DNA from: Octopus sinensis | Taxonomy: Eukaryota | Assembly (NCBI RefSeq): GCF_006345805.1 | Contig: NC_043003.1 | Coordinates: forward strand, 11,656,001 to 11,720,000 | DNA length: 64,000 bases | Reading direction: 5' to 3' | In this document: one piece after another, positions 20,856 to 33,535 of the stretch | How positions within the stretch are numbered: position 1 is the stretch's first letter | Layout: every line of letters starts with the position of its first letter | Notes under the pieces: model-generated | What the model was told of the DNA's origin: nothing | Databases searched by the model: none | Seen by the model: the letters and a program-made list of their open reading frames with translations, nothing else | Translations under genes and position numbers: made by a program

Positions 20856-21000
20856 GTATATATATGTATGTATGTATATATATATATGTATATATATGTA
20901 TGTATGTATATATATATATGTATATATATGTATGTATATATATATATGTATATATATGTATGTATGTATATATATATGTATATATGCATGTGTATATGTA
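19665..21000. repeat. About 1.3-kb degenerate (TA)n/(TATG)n microsatellite
   Basis: Direct reading; source of the 270-450 aa Y/I/M/V/C ORFs. Confidence 0.97.
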
Positions 21001-21886
21001 CTTCTTAAAGACATGCTTTGCTTTTATTGAGCTTCCTGGTGTAGAGTAAGCTCCCTTGTTAGAGATAGGCCAGTTTTGTTCCAAGCGATTTCACTTCAAT
21101 TACTTCTTCGCTATTGCCCGTGGATAGAATCAGACGGGTGGGGGGTTGTGGTGATGTGTATCACGTAATCTCATTACCGTCTCCTTTACTCCCCCCTATT
21201 GACTTATGTCAGCATAACTAATCACCCATTGATGGATATAGAGCATTATTAATAGACAAGCATTTGATGTTTAACTACTTGTTCATATATATTTGTGCAT
21301 ATGTGTCTGTGTGTATATATATGTATGTATATAAATATATAGATATATATGTATGTATGTATGTACATGTGTGTGTCTGTGTGATGATGTTTTCCACTAA
21401 AAAGTAACGCTACCACAGCTGACGTTTGCATGTGTGTGTTTATGACTATTTGTGTATATGTATGTGTATACATACGTATATATACACACATGTAAGCAAT
21501 ATACGCACCAAAGAATATTGGTGAAGAATGTGTGTATATGTGTTGCCCCTTTCATGTCTGATTTGTGTCGGGTACGTTAGCGAGCGCCAAATGAAAATCT
21601 GATTTGGAAATCTTCTTCTTCAAATCTATTCTTGGAAGCATGTATTTTCTTTTCATATATTTTTCTTTGATTCTTTCTTCTTCTGAACAGTAAAGAGAAT
21701 GGTAATATGGAATCTCTCTCTCTCTCTCCTGTCTTTTCTCTTTCTCTGTCCCTATTTACAAGTGTGTGCACACATACACGCATATATATACATATAAACA
21801 TGCAAATGTATATGTGTTTATATATTTATGCATGTATGCATATATATATTTATGTGTTAATGTGTATAAAGAAATGAGTATGTGTC

Positions 21887-21930
<44 letters not shown>

Positions 21931-22276
21931 TATGTATATTCATGTGTGTATATAATCGATTTTTCTCTTTACATACATATACTTTATATATACAAGTTGC
22001 TATTACATGAGAATGTGGGAATTAAATATGATGGTATATACTTGTTTATTGACCTTTTTCAATGGTATTATCTTTTTGCTTCTTTTCTGTTGATGCACAC
22101 ACACACACACATGTGTGTGTATATATGTACGTATGTATGTATGTGTGTGTATAATCAACTCTTCAACTTGTCTAATGATTGAGTTTGATGCTTTTGAACT
22201 CAAATCTTGGTTGATATAATTTTCTAAAAGCAAGCTAGCATTTTAGTGAAGTTCTCATGTAATGGCTTGTGATGGA

Positions 22277-22318
<42 letters not shown>

Positions 22319-22794
22319 GATCATCATCATCACCATCATTAAACGGATTTGCAGAAATGGTAGAGCACTGAATGAAATGCCGCCTGCAGTATTTAGTTTC
22401 TTGTCTGTGATCTATGTTAAAATATTGCCAGATCCCCTTTCGATGGATCCTGTCTTTTCAATTGTGGCCATTTCAATTTACTCAATTGCTCCAGTCGGTC
22501 TCTGTTATATATATCTTGTTTATAAAACTACCCTTCCTCGTTTTCTAATTTCAAATCCAGGGTAAGGCAGTGGCTGACAGTTGGCTTTGCTTCTTGTTCT
22601 GACATCCATTCTATCTATCCCCACCAGTAAGAACCAGTCCTGTAGTTAATAAGGGATTGTATCAATTAATTACAGTTCTCACCAAAAATGTGTGTCCCTG
22701 TACCAATGTTAGTCATTACATTAGAAATCATACCCTCCCCCTCATTATGTGTATGTCTTGTATTATCTTCATTACTGATCATGTATTTATTTAT

Positions 22795-22990
22795 CTTTTT
22801 TTTTTACTTGTTTCAGTCATTAGACTGCGGCCATGCTGGGGCACTGCCTTCGAGAATTTTTCATCAAATGAATCGAACCCTTGTATTTTTTTTATTTGTT
22901 TTTGTAGTAAGCTTGCTGCTTATTCTATTGGTCTTTGTTGCTGAACCACTTAGTTATGGGAACATAACCACACCAACACCGGTTTGCAAT
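22795..22990 (-). mobile_element. SINE family B, 3' fragment
   Basis: ttttacttgtttcagtcattagactgcggccatgctgg...gaaccacttagttatggg. Confidence 0.7.
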
Positions 22991-24711
22991 CATTTGCTTA
23001 AGATCCATATTCTAGTGTGTGTGTGTGTGTGTCCCAGTCCCTAAGTATTGTAATATCAATTATTTAACTTTTATTGTGTCTTTTTATATTTATTCATTTA
23101 TTTTTCATTGCAACAATATCAGATCTCCTACATTTTGTCTCTTGCTAAGCTTTGTTTGGATGGCAAAAAATCCTCAAAGGATTTTCATATCTTTGGACTT
23201 TACCATTCTGGGAGGTTGGTGTTCTTAGCATTTTTTCTGTCCTTTTTAATTTGACTTATTATTAGTGTTGTTATTGTTGTTGACAATGTTAAAGCATATT
23301 CACATCAGCGATGTCGTCAGATTTGTAACCTGTGAATTTGTAAAAAAAACACGTTTTCATAGCAAAACCATTTTTGTCTCTTGTAGACATTGAGAAGGAT
23401 TCCTTACAGAACAAAAGACAGCATTTTCTCTTCTCTTTTATTCTCCGGCTCTCACTTCATGTGTTTCTCAGTGTTAATTGAACAGCTGTTGTTGTGGTGT
23501 TATTCCTAATGCTTCTCTGATACAAAATAACTTTATAACTTTCAGTCCCATCTTACAAACAGATTTCTCAGTTTTCTGAAGAATCCCCCAAATTTTTCAT
23601 TTCTCATTTGTTTCTTTTGCTTCACCTTCATCCTATGCTATAACCGAATATAGTCTCTCACATCTTTTTTACTTTTTATTTCCTCTATGTTGACCATATT
23701 TGCTCTCAAAACACCTTTATTACATGGTCAGTTTGGATAAGCAATCACAGACTCTTTCAGCATTCATTTTATTCCATTTCTTTTTTTTTTTTTTTTAATC
23801 TCAATTTCAGCTTCTGGTTGGCCATGGTACTAATTCACATGGATTTTTTTTTTGTTTCAGTATTTGAGTTCGATATATTGAGGGGTGAGCCTGCTTAAAA
23901 TGCTTCATCTAGGACAATGTCTTGTCAAAACTTTTTCCATGATGACACTACGACTCATATTTTGTGACACCTCTGACTAATATTTTTAACACTTTTAAAA
24001 GATTATATTAATGTTCTCACGATTCCAAGTCTATACTATAGACTCTAAAAGGAGGGAAGTCAAAAAATGCGCAACGGTTTCAGTCTACCAATTAAAAAAC
24101 AGGCTCACTAAAAGAGTCTGTATTTTCAGATCTATCGAATCCATGCTAAAATGTGAAGTTTGGCTGCAAACCAATTTTAAAATATCAGGATAATTTTGGT
24201 CTTAACCAAAATGTTGATTATTCCATTTTATATTTAGTCACAAGAATTTTGATGATGTAATGCATGCCAAACCATGTATATGCTCAGATTATGTAACACT
24301 TAAGTTCGTATATGCTTTTTATAAATAACCATTTCAAAAAAAAATATATACCCAATTAATAAAGTGAATATTCATATATAGCTACTATTGCATAAATCAA
24401 CATACATTAACATAATCATTCATTCATATATATATATATGTGTGTGTGTGTGTGTTTGTATATTCATTCATATGTATACATGTGTGTATGTATATATATA
24501 TATGTGTATATTCACATTATCAGTAAACAAGTCACTCTACTATACACACACACACACAATACACAGTGGTGTCACTTGGTTTAAAAATGTATATGCTTAT
24601 GACTTACTGTTATTTCTTTCTATTTAATTAATTACAACTCAAATTAAATATGAATTATTTTTTTTTCCTTTTTACTTTATTTTCAATGATGTAAGTTAAA
24701 AGTTGAAGTCA

Positions 24712-25290
24712 AGGTGACAAGCTGGCACAATCATATCAGCACAGCAGACAAAATGTTTAGCAACATATGTTCTGGTTCTGTAAGTTCTGAGTTCAAATCT
24801 TTGTCAAGGTCAACTTCATTTTATCAACCCCAGAGCAATCAAGGACAAATGTACCAGTCAAGTCCTGGGGTCGATGTATACTCAAAACATTTGCACCTCC
24901 CTCAAAACATTGCTGGCCTTTGACCCTGCAATGGACTGGTGTCCTGTTCAAGAGGAATAATTTTGAATGTTGTGATCTTGGTCACTTATATGTCATGGAA
25001 AGTGAGAAACCAGCCCTGTGAGTCCTAGGGCTAAAAAAAAAAATATTTGAAAAAATCATGAAGGAAGCAAATTGGCCGAATTGTTAGTGTTTGGATGAAA
25101 TACCTTGTGGTAGTTTGTTCCCATTCTTTGCTGTCTGAGTTCAGTTCCCACCAAGGTCAATTTAGCCATTCAACATTTAAGGATTGGTAAGAACAGTATC
25201 AATCCAGGGCAGCAGATTGGCAGAACTGCTAGAGGATTGAGATCTTTGGCATTATGTGTTACAGTTCCTTGTCCTCTAACAGCAACACCT
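24712..25290 (+). mobile_element. SINE family A copies inside the Tc1 left TIR region
   Basis: ggtgacaagctggcacaatc... (24712-24925) and ...ttggccgaattgttagtg.../...ttggcagaactgctagagg (25070-25290). Confidence 0.6.
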
Positions 25291-25394
25291 CTGATGACAT
25301 CGACCCCCAGACAAATCCATGTACGGGGTTAGTGCACAATATTCTGCAAGGAGCATCAGGCTGATTTCCAAGTTTCTCTGGCATATATATATTC

Positions 25395-25945
25395 CTCCTT
25401 GGATGAGGCATTGGTCTGTGACAGGGTTACTTATTTGTACCAGCTGAATGAATTTGAGTGATGTGAAATGAAGTGTTTTGCTCAAGAATGTAATGCATCA
25501 CCTGGTCCAAGAATGGAAGCCACAATCTTACAGTCATGAGTCCAACACCCTAACCCTGTGTTTCTCAACCAGGGTTCTGCAAAAGGTTCCTAGGGGTTCC
25601 ACGAGAAAGAGTGAGATAAGCTGATGCTAGTTTCATGATCGTAATATTATTATACATGCACAACACATTATTGGTTATTGTAATATAGACATCATCCTGT
25701 CTAACCTATTATGTTATTAAAAAAAATTAACAACCATATATGTATGTATGTATATATATATATATACATACATACATATGATATTTACCATGTGAACTCT
25801 GATGAAAAAAATATGAGAAAGATATGGTATATAATTTTTTTTTGTGCAGGGGGTTCCTTGAGACATGTAATTCCTTTTAAGGGTTACACAAGGGTAAAAA
25901 GGTTGGGAAACGCTGCCCTAACCATTAAGCCATGCACCACCACAA
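25395..25945 (-). mobile_element. tRNA-derived SINE family D interrupted by a hAT MITE
   Basis: gtgaaatgaagtgttttgctcaag ... gagtccaacaccctaacc[MITE]attaagccatgcacc is the reverse complement of a ggtgcatggcttaatggttagggtgttggac head. Confidence 0.7.
25556..25915. mobile_element. hAT (Charlie-like) MITE with 8-bp TSD
   Basis: TIRs CTGTGTTTCTCAACC / GGTTGGGAAACGCTG; identical TSD CCCTAACC at 25548-25555 and 25916-25923. Confidence 0.9.
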
Positions 25946-26267
25946 TGCCATTGGTGCCAAGCTGTAATGGTCCAAGTTGGCTGTATTCCTTTTGAATGAA
26001 TATTAGTGGCATAGAATGTGGGGAACTTGTATGTATGGTCAACTACCAATTTCCCTCGGAAAATTCTTGCTCAGGCCTATACATATTGGTGCAGAAGATG
26101 CATTGACAGCCTTGACCAATGGAAGTCTTCTGAATTTTCAGCATCATTTCCTAATGCAATTGTTGACAGTTTTATTAAACCACAAATGCAAAAATAATGA
26201 ATGCCAGTAACATTTGACAAGAATATATTTTGATTTCAATAATATATTTTATATTCTATTTAAAGTG

Positions 26268-26480
26268 TCAAGTTGGTAGAATCATTAGCATTAGAATCAA
26301 AGAAATTGCTTTGTAGCATTTCTTCCAACTCTTTACAGTCTATGTTCAAATTCCACTGAGGTTGACTTTGTCTTTCATCCTTTCGGAGTTGATGAAATAA
26401 GTACCAGTTATGCACTGAGGTTGATGTAATCAATTAGACCCCTACAAACTTCAAGCATTTTGCCTATAGCAGAAAAGATT
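26268..26480 (+). mobile_element. SINE family A
   Basis: agttggtagaatcattagc head and gttgactttgtctttcatcctttcggagttgatgaaataagtaccag core. Confidence 0.7.
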
Positions 26481-28810
26481 ATATGTATTTTATTTGAGTA
26501 AGACAAACTATTAATGAATATAATATTTAATTATATCATCCTAATCTATTGTAATGAAGACAAGATTATCAGACATGAGTGAGAATTGTCCGTTTGTGTT
26601 GTTATTATATTTGTCCAACCCATGCTAGCATCGAAAACGAGTGTTAAATGATGATGATGATGAAGTTATTAGTTGTAATGGATATTTTTTTAGTCACAAC
26701 TTCTGAAGATGCATGATTAATAACTGATTTTTCGACATTGTGGATATCTGCAACAAAATGTGGAGGTTATTCAAACCGTTATTGATCAAGGCAGCCACAA
26801 AAAAAGAAGAAAAAAAAGAAATAGAAAAATAAAAGAAAAAGAGAGAAAAAAATACTTGAAAGGTGGACCACTGTATTGACCTTTTGTCAGTGAAGAATAA
26901 GAAAATAACTACCTTTGAAAATTTGAATGGCATTCAACAGAGACACTACATGCAGAGTGGTGTCACACTGCCATCAAAAACCAATCTAAGCAGTTTGGGT
27001 TTAGGAAACACATTGCATGTAATAAAACTATACGGTTCTCTGAAGAGAATTGAATGCCATTAGACTGTCAAAAATCTTGTGGTTAGAGGAGTTGGAATAT
27101 AATTTATTCAGTTCTGATGTCATACAGGAAAAGAATTTCACCTAGTGTACATGAATCCATGGTGGTGGTCATGCCATGGTTTGGACTGCATGTCTGGATA
27201 AAAAGGGTCAGATCAAGGGCTTCATGAACAGTACAAACTTTCTGGAGATCTTGGAGAAGACTATTTCTTCCATATACCAGTCAGAATTTTCAACATGTTG
27301 GTGTCTGAAACATCCCAGAAGAATAATCGAGGAATTCATTAAAAGAAAGAAGATCCATGGACAGCATTTGGTCGGTGCAAGCCCCAGGTTGAAATGTAAC
27401 AGAAAAACCTATGGAAAAAAAAAAAAAGTAGATGTGAGTATTCATCAAAAGAAAGCTAGGAAACTGAGTGAATGATATGATTATATAGCAAAAAAAAAGG
27501 GGGGGGGATCCTGATAATGTTATCATAAAACTTATAAATTCAGGGCCTCATAGATGTTATTCTATTAAGGCATCCAACTAGAATTAATAGCTTACAATCT
27601 TTTAAGTCAAACATCTTACAGGGTCAAAAACAGTTATGTGTTTTTTTTGTTCTTAAATTAAGTGACGTTCATTTTTTTATGGCATTATTAATACTACCAA
27701 TAATCGCATTAGGATAATTAATATTTTCATGTTTAAACTTTCATCATTTAAAAGAGTAAGAAGTTCTCTTTTCGTTCATGAATAATTTGAATTGTAAAAG
27801 TGTTTAAATAGTCCGAAATAATTAACATTTTAATCATGGGTTTTTCTTTGTCTTTAAATTAAGTGACACCACTCTAAGTAACCTATATTAACACAATAAT
27901 ACTTTCATCGTATTTTTTTCCTTTCACTCTGTTGGTTTGCTATTCATGATATATGGTTTTCAAATGTAACAAATGTAGTATTTAACATTCTGTAGCCATG
28001 TAGAATGCTGGAGAACATTGGGCTGGGTGTTTTTGAGCTCAAATTCCACTGATTTTTACTTTACCTCCAAAGTCAATAAAACACTGGAATTAGTTCAACC
28101 GACTTTATTCCCCTTCTTTACCAAATATTCACCATATGCTCCAGTCAAAAGAAATCTATATGCTGTATTCATATATTATTATTATCATCATTATTATTAT
28201 TACTTTCTTTTAATTAATTGCTACAGTCCACTGGGATGCTTTTATCTCTAGTTTTCATAGCATTACAAGAATGCCAGTCTAGTAGTGTTGCTATCCACAC
28301 ACAATACACATTGTACCTATACCATTTGCTAAGAACATTATATGTAATATTAGATAAGAAATGGTTTAAGTTAAAAAGAAGGAAGGTAATAATAATTTTC
28401 CGTTCTGAAACTTTTATTTGAAATTGATATTTACTTTATGATAATGTATCGATTTAATTTGATCATATTTAAGTTGGTGTATTAGGAGTGTTAGATAGAT
28501 TGTGTTGACATATTTGTTCCCAGTCTCTATGCTTTGGTTTCAATTCCAGCCGAGGCCAATTTTGCTGCAGGCTGTTTGTCAGTGTCGATAAAGTACCTGC
28601 CCAGTACTGAGCTCATCTCTTCTGAAATCAGCTGTGGTTAGAACTAGAGAGAGATGGGCTCACCATGGTCTGTTACATCACAGATCATGGTGTCACCCCA
28701 CATCTCAGTCTGGAGTTTAGAGTTCAAAGCCAAAGCAATATTAACTGAGAACTAGTACAAGAAAAATAAAAGTGAAATAATTATTTCTGATTACAGATAA
28801 GTTAATTACA

Positions 28811-28966
28811 GGTGAGTTCACTACCATCAATTCACCATGAAAAATGTTCAAAAATAGGGTTTTTTAAATTCTTTTATTGTGCACTTACCTCTCCATAAAC
28901 TTTCCTTGCTGTGAACATACCTTATGGAGAACTTCCCTGCTGTGAATTGATGGCGGTGAGCTTACC
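28811..28966. mobile_element. Small MITE-like element with about 25-bp imperfect TIRs
   Basis: GGTGAGTTCACTACCATCAATTCAC vs GTGAATTGATGGCGGTGAGCTTACC (21/25 complementary). Confidence 0.55.
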
Positions 28967-29324
28967 GGACATGATTATTTCTGCTCACATTCACAATAGA
29001 GCTATTTTGGTAATTAACTTGTGCTGACAATGGTTAATTGAAGTCAGCCCTGATTGAGCAGACCTTATGATCAAAGGCGTTCCAGCCATGACCATCCCAT
29101 CTGTTTATACATTGTTGTTCATTGTGTTCTTTATTAAGGCTGTAAATTATTATATGAGGCGAGAGGGAGATTTGGCTGTTATTTTAGCAGGTCAAGTGTC
29201 TGCGTAGATGCTTTCTTGAGATAGTGACTTTGTATTGGGTGATGCTTATGCAGCAGCTCTTTGTAAATATTGATTTCAAACTATGGCACAACTCTGCTGA
29301 TTTTAGAGAGGGAGTAAGTCAATT

Positions 29325-29460
29325 GCTGGTACTTATTTCATCGACCTTGAAATGATGAAAGGTGAGGTCCACCTTGGCAGAATTTGAACTTAGAACATAA
29401 ACAGACAAAATACCGCTAAGCATTTTGCCTGCTATACTAACGATTCTGCCAGCTCATCAT
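29325..29460 (-). mobile_element. SINE family A fragment
   Basis: ctggtacttatttcatcgacc...gaatttgaact...accgctaagcatttt...aacgattctgccagctc. Confidence 0.7.
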
Positions 29461-29547
29461 CTTCTCTTTTTGCAAAAATCACCGAGGGTTGTTATGTTGG
29501 AAAGTTGTCATAATTTCTCCACTGTATCTCTTGGTAAATATATTAGA

Positions 29548-29934
29548 CTAGCAGTATCGCTCGGTGTTGCTTGGGTTTGTTTCAACCCTTTAGAATTGGA
29601 ATTTTTGAAAAGTAAAAATTTTGCATTATGTAGCTTGTTATTCTCTTTAAGTGAACATTTTTCTGGTTGAAATACACTGAAAAATGGCGACACAGCAGTA
29701 AAAAAATCGTAAAAAATATGGATTTTCATATAAAAATAGCACCTTTTTGATGTAAATAATTTTTGGTGTTAACATGGTCCGATTTGAATTTTATCTTATA
29801 CGGAATGAAGAGCAAGCCTTCTATCATACTCTCAATTTTGGTCAACTTACCCCGCAGGGTCTTGGAGGAGATAGTGTTAGTTGAGGGCTACCAAACCTGC
29901 CATACACAGACAACTTCAGCTTTATATATATAGA
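29548..29934 (-). mobile_element. Non-autonomous Helitron (387 bp)
   Basis: Minus strand starts A|TCTATATATATAAAGCTGAAGTTG and ends ...cccaagcaacaccgagcgatactgCTAG|T: 5' TC, 3' CTAG, degenerate subterminal hairpin, A/T target and no TSD. Confidence 0.8.
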
Positions 29935-30839
29935 TTCATGGAGCTCTGAATAGGTTATGTGGGGAAACATACTTCGCTGCCTTAAGCATCGTTAATGGTT
30001 GGTTGACCTTTTTCATTGTTGGTCAACAGAATTGCAGAGGCAGTAACTTGACCATCTCTGCAATACCTGAGCTGTTTCCAGCAATAAGCGCCTAGCCCTA
30101 AGTATATTTACCACTTCTCCTCTCATGGATATGCCACAAAGGAAAGACAAGTCAGTACATTCACAACATCCATATAGCTGCAGGGAATGCCAGGTATTGG
30201 CTAAATATAATTATATGTATCTGCCTTACAGTTCCTCTTCAGGATGTTTTTGAAGGGGTTACTCCCTCAGCCTTTTTTGTTTTGACTGCTTAGTAATTTA
30301 CCTCGCAAAGTATCAGAAGTTTATTATTATTATTATTATAGTGGACATGGGCGCAGAACCAGTCCCATTCTCTTGCCTTTTAAACTTGTATTTATTCGGT
30401 GCAACTAGTGCCATAAGCCAAGTTGTTATCAGGATGCTGGAATTGCGTGGAGTTACCTCCTCTTAGATGAGTAACTAAAAAACTGGAAAAGCCTCACCTG
30501 GGGTGTCTGAGTGACCTTTTTCAGAAAATTTTAATGATAGCATAGCATAATCAGCTAATGATTTGTATTCAATTTATAGGTCTAAACTTTAGTCTCTATA
30601 TGACTTAGATTGGGAGGAATGAGCTTTGGTAGGGTGGCCAGTTCCGGAAAGGCTATATACAGATGGTATCCAAAATTAATTGATAGATTACAGAAAATGA
30701 AAAAGAAATCCATCTGAACCTCATCACTCTAAAATGAAAACATTTTAATCAGTAGATAAAAATTAATCATTAACTTATGTTAATTTCTGTCTGAAAGAAG
30801 AGGGCCAGAAAAGAAAAAGAAAATTGCAATTATAGGTTC

Positions 30840-31160
30840 AGGCATGATTATGTGGTTAAGAAACTAAATATGCAACCATGTAGTTTTGAGTTCAATCTCA
30901 CTGTGTGGAATCTTGGTCAAGTATCTTCTACCGTAGCCCCAGGTGACCAATGCCATGTGAGTGAAATTGATAGAAGCTGTGTGGAAGCTCATCATATATG
31001 TGTGTGTGTGTGTCCTTGCATTTCTTTTTGTTCCATCACCACTACCACTTGACAACTGGTGTTGGTTTGTTTGTAACCTTGTAATCTTGTAATGGTTTGA
31101 CTAAACCTTTCAAGGCAGTGTCCCAGCTTGGCCACAATCCACTGACAGAAACAAGTTAAA
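30840..31160 (+). mobile_element. SINE family B (diverged)
   Basis: ggcatgattatgtggttaagaaac...cttggtcaagtatcttctaccgtagcc...tgacagaaacaagttaaag. Confidence 0.6.
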
Positions 31161-33189
31161 GATAAGAGAATTTAATGGTATGCGTGTTAGTGGTCTTTAT
31201 TGTATGGTGGGTTAAACCAAGGCAACAGAGAATTTACATCAGACTATCTGTATCGGACCAACACAGATAAGAAAAATAGTGAGATGAGTTATGCTGTTGA
31301 GTATTGCTTGAAAAGAAGGGAAGAAATGTGGAATGTAAATACTGAAGTCAGTGGCAATGGACAGCAAAATTGTTGCTTTATTTGTAGGGTTTTGGAAATA
31401 GTTGATAAATTTCAGAGAAAGTGATCAAGAACAAAAGCATAGCAATGAGGAATTTTTCTCGGAGAAATAAATAAAAAAAAATGAGGGTATTGATTGTGGG
31501 TGGGGTCTTTGCCAATCATTAGCTGAACATCTTCATTAGATATATCTTGTACCACATTTGTAATTAGTTATTCAACTCATCTTTTACATTGCATTTATTT
31601 TTCTTATTCCACCCTAACACCCTCCTTCCTCTCCCATTATTATTATTTACATATATTTGCATGCAATCATTCTTTAAATCTCTATTATATTTTCATTTAC
31701 TTCATTTTTTTTTTCCTTCAAATTTTCAATTTATTTTTGCATATAAAATGTCCTCAAGGCACATTCCTTTATAATTACATTGTCTCTTCCCCTAAGTACA
31801 TGCTTCCTTTCTCTCTGCTAGAAAACTCTGGTCTAAGCATATAGACATGTCAATATTTTCCAATACATTCCATGTGTATTCAAGGAATTCCATTGCATTT
31901 CATTACATTATAGATAAACTCTCTTAAGTACAATTATGACATGATCTTAGATGGCAATGGAAAAGAAATACATTTAGTTTATTATTTTTTTCTTCCTCAT
32001 TTCATTCTTGTTTATTTTCCTTTCATTTAAAATCTTCAAATTCATTTAGTTTTGTTTTTGTTTTAAAAATCAATTAAAATTCTGCTTTTTTTTTTGTACT
32101 TAAATTTTTAGTTATTTTCATTTTAGTTTGCAATCTTAAAATTTTCACAAGACTGATAATTTTTTTTTTCTTTTCCTTTGACAATTATTTTGATGACCAT
32201 CACAACGATGATGATGGTGATGATAACAATAGTACGCTGATGACTCTGTGATATAATTTACTATAGCTAATAATTTACAGAATTTTATTGCATTTCCAGT
32301 GGACTGGTAGTTGTAGAAATATATGGTTGCCAAACATAACTTGAAAGAGGTGAGGAAACCGTACATGTACAATGTGAAAAGAAAAAAGCATGGACTATTG
32401 TAAATGTTCAAATGAAATTGTGACTAAGCTTCAGTGTTCAGTCAGTGTAATATGTATGAGCAGAGAGTTGTTATAAAGCTCCTGAGAAGTACAAATAGTG
32501 AAGAGACATCATCAAATTGCAATGCAGATAAAGTCTTCCTACACAGGAAAGTCAAACGCCAATTGGCATTATTTTGAATTTTTTTTTGTTTTATTTTGTT
32601 GCAATTAACTTTTTATTTCCTTAGTTTTTGCTTTTTCTAGTGACATTATGGCTTTATTAAATGATTTTAAACTACATTAAGGAAACACTAGTTGTATTGG
32701 TTAGAATTTTGCCCTTCTTAATAGCTGCAATGTTATCATTCTCTTCTTTCTCCCCCCCCTCTCTTTCTTTCAGTATTTGCCATTTCCATTAAAGTGATTT
32801 TATGATGAAGTGTTAGTGCTCTAACTTAAAAATGTACTACTTACTACACAAGACACGAAGGAAATATAGTTTTATATGTGTGTATATATGTATGTATGTA
32901 TGTGATGTGCTTGGTGGTTTTCACCAGTGTAACAAGAACTTGACTGAAGAGTTTAAGTAAGTGTGCTAATTGCAAACTCTTTGGCATGTGAATTGTTAAA
33001 AGTATGTTTAACATTTTGCCCGTCCAAAGCATTTTCAGAAGTTTGCCCGAAATGTCCTTGCTTGTTTTCAGACATTTGTTAGCCCATGTTTTCGTATGAA
33101 AAGAAATCTCTATATTACTCAGAACATAAGTCCCAAGTTACTCTCGTGGTTGAAAAAATTCAGCATATATATATATATATATCATATAT

Positions 33190-33535
33190 GATGCCTTACT
33201 GGCACTTGTGCCTGTGCTAGTAGGGTGCCAAGAGCACCATCCACGCATGATCATTGCCAGAGAGCACCATCCAAGCATGATCGTTGCCAGAGTGGCCAAC
33301 TGGCTTCTGGGCCGATGGCACGTAAAAGGGCACTATTCGAGTATGATCGTTACCACGTGTAAAAAGATTTGAGCGAGGTCATTGACAGTGCCGCCTGACT
33401 GGCCCCCGTGCTGGTGGCACATTAAAAGTACCCACTACACTCTCTGAGTGGTTGGCATTAGGAAGGTTATCCAGTTGCAGCCATCTGGTTCACCAGCCCT
33501 CAGTCAAAATTGTCCAACCCATGCTAGCATGGATG
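33190..33535 (+). mobile_element. RTE-tail SINE-like family C
   Basis: gagtggttggcattaggaaggttatccag...ccaacccatgctagcatgg. Confidence 0.75.

Larger units (their letters stand above)
24560..27876 (+). mobile_element. Decayed Tc1-like transposon with long TIRs, inflated by nested insertions
   Basis: Left end TA..CAGTGGTGTCACTT (24560-24577) and right end AAGTGACACCACTC-TA (27861-27876). Transposase relic at about 26860-27420: HGGGHAMVW, FMNSTNFLEILEK, WSVQAPG*NVTE, resembling HGGGSVMVW, MNS..Y..IL, WPAQSPDLNPIENLW. Confidence 0.65.

Noticed and set aside
19688-21084. Long ORFs (273-453 aa) rich in Y/I/M/V/C/H/T
   Set aside because: Translations of a stop-poor (TA/TG) microsatellite. The same applies to ORFs at 705-1232, 35955-36646, 54146-54424 and 55670-55927.
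22430-22570. Hydrophobic ORF end followed by a strong CAGG|GTAAGG donor
   Set aside because: The upstream part is a decayed SINE-A and no clear acceptor or partner exon was found.
28884-28895. Consensus minus-strand donor (GAG|GTAAGTG)
   Set aside because: Lies inside a MITE-like inverted-repeat element with no matching acceptor or open frame.
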